Shown here: positions 58,009-64,000 of the stretch, one piece after another
How positions within the stretch are numbered: the stretch's first letter is position 1
Layout of the letters: the number at the start of each line of letters is the position of its first letter
Source: Elsinoe ampelina
Taxonomy: Eukaryota
Direction of reading: 5' to 3'
DNA: 64,000 nt
Assembly: GCA_010093995.1 (NCBI GenBank)
Contig: ML992508.1
Span: 716,506 to 780,505 of the forward strand
Position numbers and translations under genes: made by a program
The notes under the pieces: model-generated
The model's input: the letters and a program-made list of their open reading frames with translations, nothing else
What the model was told of the DNA's origin: nothing
Database searches by the model: none

Positions 58009-59214
58009 TTATGTCGGTCTCCCATTAGCCCTCGGCTGCATCACCCTTCCCATCGCATCTCGCACTGTCGGATTCTGCCGCACGGTATTATCCACCAACC
58101 ATTGGCGCATCGACGTCTTGAGCTCCCTCATCGATGCTGGATCAGCGGCGAATGGTGATAATTCCAGCGCTGTCAAGAGATTGGTTTCCTGCTGGCCGGC
58201 TTTCAAGACTGCCTCCAGCCGATCATACTGAGGTTGCGTTGGTTCGGTGCCATCTACTGGCTGTGTTGGGAAGAGGATGGGTCCGAGCTGTGTGATGGCG
58301 ATGAAGAAGGAGATGAGGATTTGGCGCATTAATGCTAGGAGTTGGAATTGTAGGTATGGTGGATGATTCGAAACTCGTGTGATGATGGGATTGACGATGT
58401 AGGTCAGGAATGCTGGTGCGTCTGGTCTTGTGATGGTGTGTATCTCAAATGCAAAGAAGATGGTCATAAGGAGGTACCGCCACTACAGGTCATTAGAGGA
58501 GTGTGTTACCGTGCTTGATTTGACTTACAAAGTTGCCCTTCTTTAGGTAGCCAATCATGGACAGGATGAATAGCCCACCTATGCTACCCAGATAATACGT
58601 CAAAGCAGCCCAACTACCCTTGTACACATAGTCGTAAAGCGTCTTTGCATCCTGCCATTCGAAGACTTCGGGACCGAATCGATCATACGCGAAGCGTTTG
58701 GTTGGATCAATCAAGCCGTCTTTGCAATGCTTCAAGTGGACGTAGAATGCTTCTGCGAATTGACGATTGGTGTCCGAAGAGATCTTGTCTGGGTGATACT
58801 GAACAGTCCTGATAGCATCAGCATCGGTCCATACCATTCAATATCAGGGCCATACAATCGTCTAAAGCGAGACTGTATTGCTCGTTCGGTGGCGTCTAGT
58901 GGTACACCCAGAGATTGGTAGAAACTGGGCTCCTGTTGGAGGGTATAGTCCGCGTTGTAGACAGTGTAAGCTAGGTACGCTAGGATGACCGAGACAAATA
59001 TTCGTCTGTAGTCATTTGCATATCGCTGTGTGCCTGGCTGTGGTCTCGGTTCGCCAGCACGTATCCAGATGGCATAAAATGCAGATTGCGTCCAGCGTGT
59101 GACCCACTATCAAGCATCAGGGTCTCCGTTATGACTAAGTAGAAAATGATCCGCGCAACTTACACCTGGTAAGAAATACCATCCTGCGATGGATAGAAAA
59201 TCGAGCTGGACCAT
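58009..59214 (-). CDS. Membrane-associated DnaJ (J-domain) protein, 4 exons
   Basis: GWYFLPG|WVT...RAGEPRPQPG; FYQSLGVP...IQSRFRR|...YHPDK; KRFAYDRFG; TM segments; WLVDNTVRQNPTVRDA. Confidence 0.85.
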
Positions 59215-59573
59215 TTGGACGAGGCTATGCTATGCCTCCAATGATGACTCGTGGCCACTTATGCAACGTTATGAGTGCAAGACCGAAGGTATCAAAGAGC
59301 ACTTCATCGCAACAGATATATCCGACGGAGGATGCAATGCTAGTTTGCTTCTTCGTCAAAGCCAATATTGGACACGTATCGGAGAGGCTACATGTGAAAC
59401 TTAGTCGACCATGGAACAAACCCAAAGGTCGTTGGCCAGCAGAGCCGCATGCATTGGTTGCTTCATGGACAACCGGAGTTGCCGCACGCACATGTGGATA
59501 ACCGTGATTTTCTCCAACCTCGAGCATTTTTTACTCGGTCCTATTCTCTTCCAGGAATACCAGCAGCGCAACC

Positions 59574-61079
59574 ATGTCTACCGACGTTATGGACGTCGAC
59601 ACCCCGACTCCGAGAAAGCACGGAAAATCGAAAGACAAGTCGGAAAGAAGCTCGTCTAAAAAGCGCCGGCGCGAAGAGCAATTGCAGGAGGGAGCAACAG
59701 ACCCCGCCGTCACAGAAGAGACATCCACTCCTGAACCCAGCAAGAAACGCCGGAAGAGCGACAAGACTGATATGAATAGCACGAATGGTCACGCAGAGTC
59801 ACCGCAGGTGCTCACACAAATTAACCGCCAAAACGCCGAGGAGGAGCTGTCAGCGGCACGCAAGAGCAAGAAGAAGCGAAAGAGTGATCGCGGAGAATCA
59901 GTCATAGAGCTGCCAATAGAGGATGTAGCGAAAGTGCAAGCCGCGAGTAAGAAGAGCGAAAAGAAGAAGCACAAATCTCGCGCTGAGGACAACACATCAC
60001 TCCAGCGAAGCAAATCCCCCTCGATCACCGTGCTCCCCACGCCCGAGCCGGACGTTACCATCACCTCCTCGTCCACGACCTATCTCAACAAAGGTCAAGT
60101 AGAGAAGCACACCCCTTTCGTCCAAGAAACCGCCTCTCTCCTCTTCCCTCTCGCTCCCTCAGCCTTCAACTTCCCCCTCCAAGGTCTCTGCGCAGAACAC
60201 CTCTCCCCCTTACTCCTCACCTACTACCCACCCCTCGACGGCATCGTCCTCTCCTATTCCCGGCCACGCCTCAGCAACACCCCAGAGACGAATCCACCGT
60301 ACATCCGGCGCCCAGCCCACACCTACGCCAATTCCCAACTCCCCGACCCCTCCCCCGACACCTCCGACTCCGACTCCGACGCCTCCTCCTCCCTCTCCCA
60401 ACCCTCCTCCATCTCCGCCTCCTCCCGCTCGCCCTCCCCTTCCCCGACCTCTTCCCAGAAGAAGCGCAAAACCTACACCGGCCCCCTCGTCCTCGCCCGG
60501 ACCGTCGACGAATACAACACCCCCCTAGCATGGGTCACAGCCGACTTCCTCCTCCTGCGCCCTTCGCGAGGCGTCTGGCTCCAAGGCGTAGTCCAGGTCC
60601 AAAACCCGTCGTGGCTGGGACTGGTGTGCTGGAATTACTTCAACGCGGGGATACCGAGGCGGAGACTGCCGCGGGGATGGAGGTGGGTGGACGCCGTGAA
60701 GGCGAAGAGGGCGGTGAGGGAGGCGAGGAGGAGTATTGAGGTTGCAGACGGGGAGGGGGGAGCGCAAGGGGATGATGAGGGGGTCGAGGACGGAGGGGAG
60801 GGAGATGGGGATGTGGTGGAGGTGGACAAGGAGGGGGTGGTGGTCGATGCGTCCGAGGGGTTTTGGGTGGATGAGGCGGGGAGGAAGGTGCAGGGGACGA
60901 TCGAGTTCAAGCTCATAGATTTCGAGTCCGCGCCCAATACGGAGAGGGATAGGGGGTTTACGAGCTTTACGGGGACGCTGTTGAGTGAGAAGGAGGATGA
61001 GGAGGTGGATAAGGAGGAGCGGGAGAGGGAGAAGGGTGGGAGGGATAAGGGGAAGAGGGTGGAAAGGAACAATGTATAG
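59574..61079 (+). CDS. RPA43: RNA polymerase I subunit RPA43
   Basis: GLCAEHLSPLLLTYYPPLDGIVLSY; WVTADFLLLRP...LQGVVQVQNPSWLGLVCWNYFNAGI; Lys-rich N-terminus. Confidence 0.9.
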   Translation: MSTDVMDVDTPTPRKHGKSKDKSERSSSKKRRREEQLQEGATDPAVTEETSTPEPSKKRRKSDKTDMNSTNGHAESPQVLTQINRQNAEEELSAARKSKKKRKSDRGESVIELPIEDVAKVQAASKKSEKKKHKSRAEDNTSLQRSKSPSITVLPTPEPDVTITSSSTTYLNKGQVEKHTPFVQETASLLFPLAPSAFNFPLQGLCAEHLSPLLLTYYPPLDGIVLSYSRPRLSNTPETNPPYIRRPAHTYANSQLPDPSPDTSDSDSDASSSLSQPSSISASSRSPSPSPTSSQKKRKTYTGPLVLARTVDEYNTPLAWVTADFLLLRPSRGVWLQGVVQVQNPSWLGLVCWNYFNAGIPRRRLPRGWRWVDAVKAKRAVREARRSIEVADGEGGAQGDDEGVEDGGEGDGDVVEVDKEGVVVDASEGFWVDEAGRKVQGTIEFKLIDFESAPNTERDRGFTSFTGTLLSEKEDEEVDKEEREREKGGRDKGKRVERNNV

Positions 61080-61163
61080 CATGCGTGGAGATAGCATTGT
61101 GTGAAGCGCTGAATAAGCGATGCATTCCTTCTACTGAACGATATGTACTCCTTCTCCATCCGT

Positions 61164-64000
61164 CTACAGCTCATCCCTCGGCGTCGGCTCCGGCGCCGGT
61201 GGCTCTGCATCTCCCGCAGCCTGTCTGATGGCTTCCATCAGCTCCTCCTCGGTAGCTGCCTTGCCACCTTCGGGCAACTTGATTGTCTTTGGCTCCGGCG
61301 CATCAGACGCTGCTGCCGCCGCGGTAGTGGAGCTGGACGAGGACTTGCCCTTCTTAGCCTTGGGCTTGCTCTTCTTCGATGATGTCTTCTTCCTGGGAGG
61401 CATCTTGATCTTCTTACGGATGAGGTCGGTCATGGCCTGCTGCATCTCGGCACCTTTCCTTTCAAGGTCTTGGATGGCGAGGACCACGTCATCATACGGC
61501 TTGAGCTTCTCTTGAGCAGAGGTTTTCTCCTTCAGCCATTGTTGGACCGACTCGTAAGCCTCTGTGAGCGAGGCGAGGTCTTCTTTTGTGTAGGGATTGA
61601 ACAGACTTGGTTCGGCTTTGGCAGATGAAGTGGTTGAGGTGGATGACCCAGGCTCTTCAAGGTCGTCGAGGTCGTCCTTGGTGCTTGACTCTGGAGTCAC
61701 GGCAGAGCTGACGGAGGATGCGGCCTGCTCTGCAAGGGATGAAGCAGAGGCGGCGGCCTTCTCAATTTCCGAAGACATGTTATCAATCAAGCCTTTGGTC
61801 TGATCAAGTACTTGCTGAAGCAGCTTGACCTTCTCTGGTCTGCCCTTAGCCTCTTCCTGTCGCTTCTTCACAGGATCAATGAGCTTCTTGAATTCGGCCA
61901 ATTTTCCTTTCAAGACGTCCGTTGTCGCTGTGGCACCTTCTCCGTACAACCAGTCGCCAGTCGAGGAGAGTAGGTCAGAGACCTGTGTGCGGACAGCCTC
62001 GGTGGAAAACTCAGCAAAGCCTGCATCATCGAGCAGGTCGCGTGCGCGGTAGGTGAAGCCCTCGAGAACGTTGAAGGCTTCCTCCCGAGCAAGTCGTGCA
62101 CGATCGGAGCGATCGAAAGCGGCCAGTCGCTCAGCCATACGGCTGGTCTCTTCCTTTGCAGGAATTGGAATCCCAGCGTGCTTTACTTCATACTTGATCT
62201 CAAAAGACTGAATCTTGAGACTCGGCGGCTCGTTGGCTGATGCAGTCTTGTTCTCCTTTCCACTGGCTGATGCTGTGGGAGATGAAGCTGTCGAGGATGC
62301 AGACTCTGAAGAAGACTTGGATTCCTCGCCATCTTTCAATGGCTTCTGGTCATCCTTCTTGCCTCCGAAGAGTCCCTTCACAGAGTCTACAATTCCGCCT
62401 TTCGGAGTATCCTTAACGATGCACTGAACAATACCACTCTCAACCTCAGGAATGTTGTCCACAGGGTTGAGGCGCAGAAGGAATTTGACTGAGGCCTCGT
62501 CCGTATTGCATCCAAACTCATCACGGAGCTTCTTGAGGTTGTCGGTAACGTTCTTGGTCTCGATACTCGCGATCATCCTTGGCACGTCCTCCACCTTCTG
62601 GTAGATGCCAAATGTGAAATCCTCCCTGTCCTTAAACGACACTTGCTTGGGTACACCATTCTTGGACGTAGGAATGAAAATTTGTTGTTGTCTCTCTTTG
62701 CCAGATTGCGTTTGCGAGATACCCGCTGCGTAGACAGCTGCTTCCGAAGTCTTGAAGCCCTTCACACTGAACGATGGGCTGAGGTCTGCAGCTTTGTAGG
62801 CAGCTCCAAAGGCAGCTGATTCGTCGGCGTTGACATTGGAGCGGATCTCGGCTGCCTTGCCAATGATGGATTCGAGCTTCTTCTGAACGAAAGGAGTACG
62901 GGTTGCGCCTCCGTGTAGAATCACAGATGTCAGATCGTCGATCGTAATCTTCGCAGCTTCCAGCGCTTGCTTGATAGGTATTTCGACCCTGTCTGCGAAT
63001 GAGACAGTCAATTCCTCAAACTGAGTCCTGGAAAGCTTGCTGGCAAAGTCGATATCCTGATACAATCCTTCGAACGACGAACGGACGTCAGTGTTGGCGC
63101 TGAGCACCTGTCTGGCGCGTTCCGCCTCTCTCCAGAGCTTCGATGCCGTCCTGCCATGCTTCTTGACATCAGCAGCGGATATGCCAGCACTCGAGACTTC
63201 CGACTTCTTGGTGAACTCTGAGACCAAATGGTCGAGCACAATTGCATTCAGGGCGTTGCCCCCCAGCGTCCTGTCCCAACCTGCGCCGAGCACGTCAACC
63301 TCTCGGATCGTCTTGTTGAAGCTTCCTACATCCTTGACATCCCGTGATTGGAATCGGAGCACAGTGGCTTTTGTCGAGGTCGCGCCCATGTCAAAGACCA
63401 AATGAAGCTCAGCTTTCCCGCCCCTGCTGACATTTGGAAATTCTCTCTTGATTGAGTAATCCTGTCCGACCGCGAGACCATCCGACATAAGTCCCAATAC
63501 AGACAAGCCCGCAAGTTGTGCTGCTCTTTCGATAGCTTTGCGCTCATCTGCGGTGTAGAAGACAGGTACAGTAATGACGGTGTCAGTGACTCTGCTGCCT
63601 TTTCCGACGGTCACTTCAGCGTTGGTACGGATGTTCTTCAATTCCATCGCCAACAACTCTTCAACAGTCCATGGTTGTTCCTTGTCGCTGAATGCCCCTG
63701 ATTTAAAGGCAACTGACAGCTTCTGCTTTGTCTCGAGCGAAAGGGCTGGAAAACGCGAGGTGTATTCGCTGACGACGGGATCTGCACTAGGATCTATCCC
63801 CAGGAGAGGCTTGAGGTTGCTGTAGACATCTCCGGGAAATCGACCAGCCAACGCCAGGGCATCTCCACCGTATGCACGTTCGGGAAAAGATCCCAATTCT
63901 ACCGGTCCCTTCTTGTTTGGCTTGAAGGCTAGCGCGGCCGTCTCTTTCCGTTTCGAGTCCTTGGTGAGGACGATGTCAATTGGTGCTCCGGGTCGTACTA
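61164..64000 (-). CDS. LHS1: ER Hsp70-like nucleotide exchange factor LHS1/GRP170 (5' end outside window)
   Basis: PGAPIDIVLTKDSKRKE, VFDMGATST, GWDRTLGG, VILHGGATRTPFVQ, NVNADESAAFGA; C-terminal RDEL. Confidence 0.93.
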   Translation of the reverse strand, partial: VRPGAPIDIVLTKDSKRKETAALAFKPNKKGPVELGSFPERAYGGDALALAGRFPGDVYSNLKPLLGIDPSADPVVSEYTSRFPALSLETKQKLSVAFKSGAFSDKEQPWTVEELLAMELKNIRTNAEVTVGKGSRVTDTVITVPVFYTADERKAIERAAQLAGLSVLGLMSDGLAVGQDYSIKREFPNVSRGGKAELHLVFDMGATSTKATVLRFQSRDVKDVGSFNKTIREVDVLGAGWDRTLGGNALNAIVLDHLVSEFTKKSEVSSAGISAADVKKHGRTASKLWREAERARQVLSANTDVRSSFEGLYQDIDFASKLSRTQFEELTVSFADRVEIPIKQALEAAKITIDDLTSVILHGGATRTPFVQKKLESIIGKAAEIRSNVNADESAAFGAAYKAADLSPSFSVKGFKTSEAAVYAAGISQTQSGKERQQQIFIPTSKNGVPKQVSFKDREDFTFGIYQKVEDVPRMIASIETKNVTDNLKKLRDEFGCNTDEASVKFLLRLNPVDNIPEVESGIVQCIVKDTPKGGIVDSVKGLFGGKKDDQKPLKDGEESKSSSESASSTASSPTASASGKENKTASANEPPSLKIQSFEIKYEVKHAGIPIPAKEETSRMAERLAAFDRSDRARLAREEAFNVLEGFTYRARDLLDDAGFAEFSTEAVRTQVSDLLSSTGDWLYGEGATATTDVLKGKLAEFKKLIDPVKKRQEEAKGRPEKVKLLQQVLDQTKGLIDNMSSEIEKAAASASSLAEQAASSVSSAVTPESSTKDDLDDLEEPGSSTSTTSSAKAEPSLFNPYTKEDLASLTEAYESVQQWLKEKTSAQEKLKPYDDVVLAIQDLERKGAEMQQAMTDLIRKKIKMPPRKKTSSKKSKPKAKKGKSSSSSTTAAAAASDAPEPKTIKLPEGGKAATEEELMEAIRQAAGDAEPPAPEPTPRDEL

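Overview
Gene-dense eukaryotic DNA from a filamentous ascomycete. Short GT-AG introns with CTRAC-type branch sites, about 50-55% GC and a RIP-mutated transposon point to a Dothideomycete (inferred, not proven). About 30 protein-coding loci can be reconstructed. Most are conserved genes: ZNF511-like, EST1/SMG7-like, MRPS9, RCM1/NSUN5, TDG/MUG, Rad1 (9-1-1), GH5 exo-glucanase, OST5, GCN5, NRDE2, UTP10, PAF-acetylhydrolase, Rab4, PIS1, GST, a J-protein, RPA43 and LHS1. There are two accessory-looking patches, at about 14.7-21.5 kb and about 35.5-43 kb. Highlights: (1) a head-to-head pair of a type II membrane MycE-like sugar O-methyltransferase and an MFSD5/SAMT-1-type transporter, a candidate lumenal glycan O-methylation module; (2) an in-frame TGA at a conserved Trp of RCM1 with an intact downstream C-terminus; (3) a tRNA-derived Pol III/SINE-like element with a (TAAG)n tail and a 57-bp tandem duplication; (4) a dozen C-rich to G-rich skew-switch islands anchored at gene 3' ends; (5) a RIP-destroyed Tc1/mariner element next to a 5'-truncated ABCB transporter and a small pseudogene. 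All family calls come from motif recognition by eye; no database search was run.
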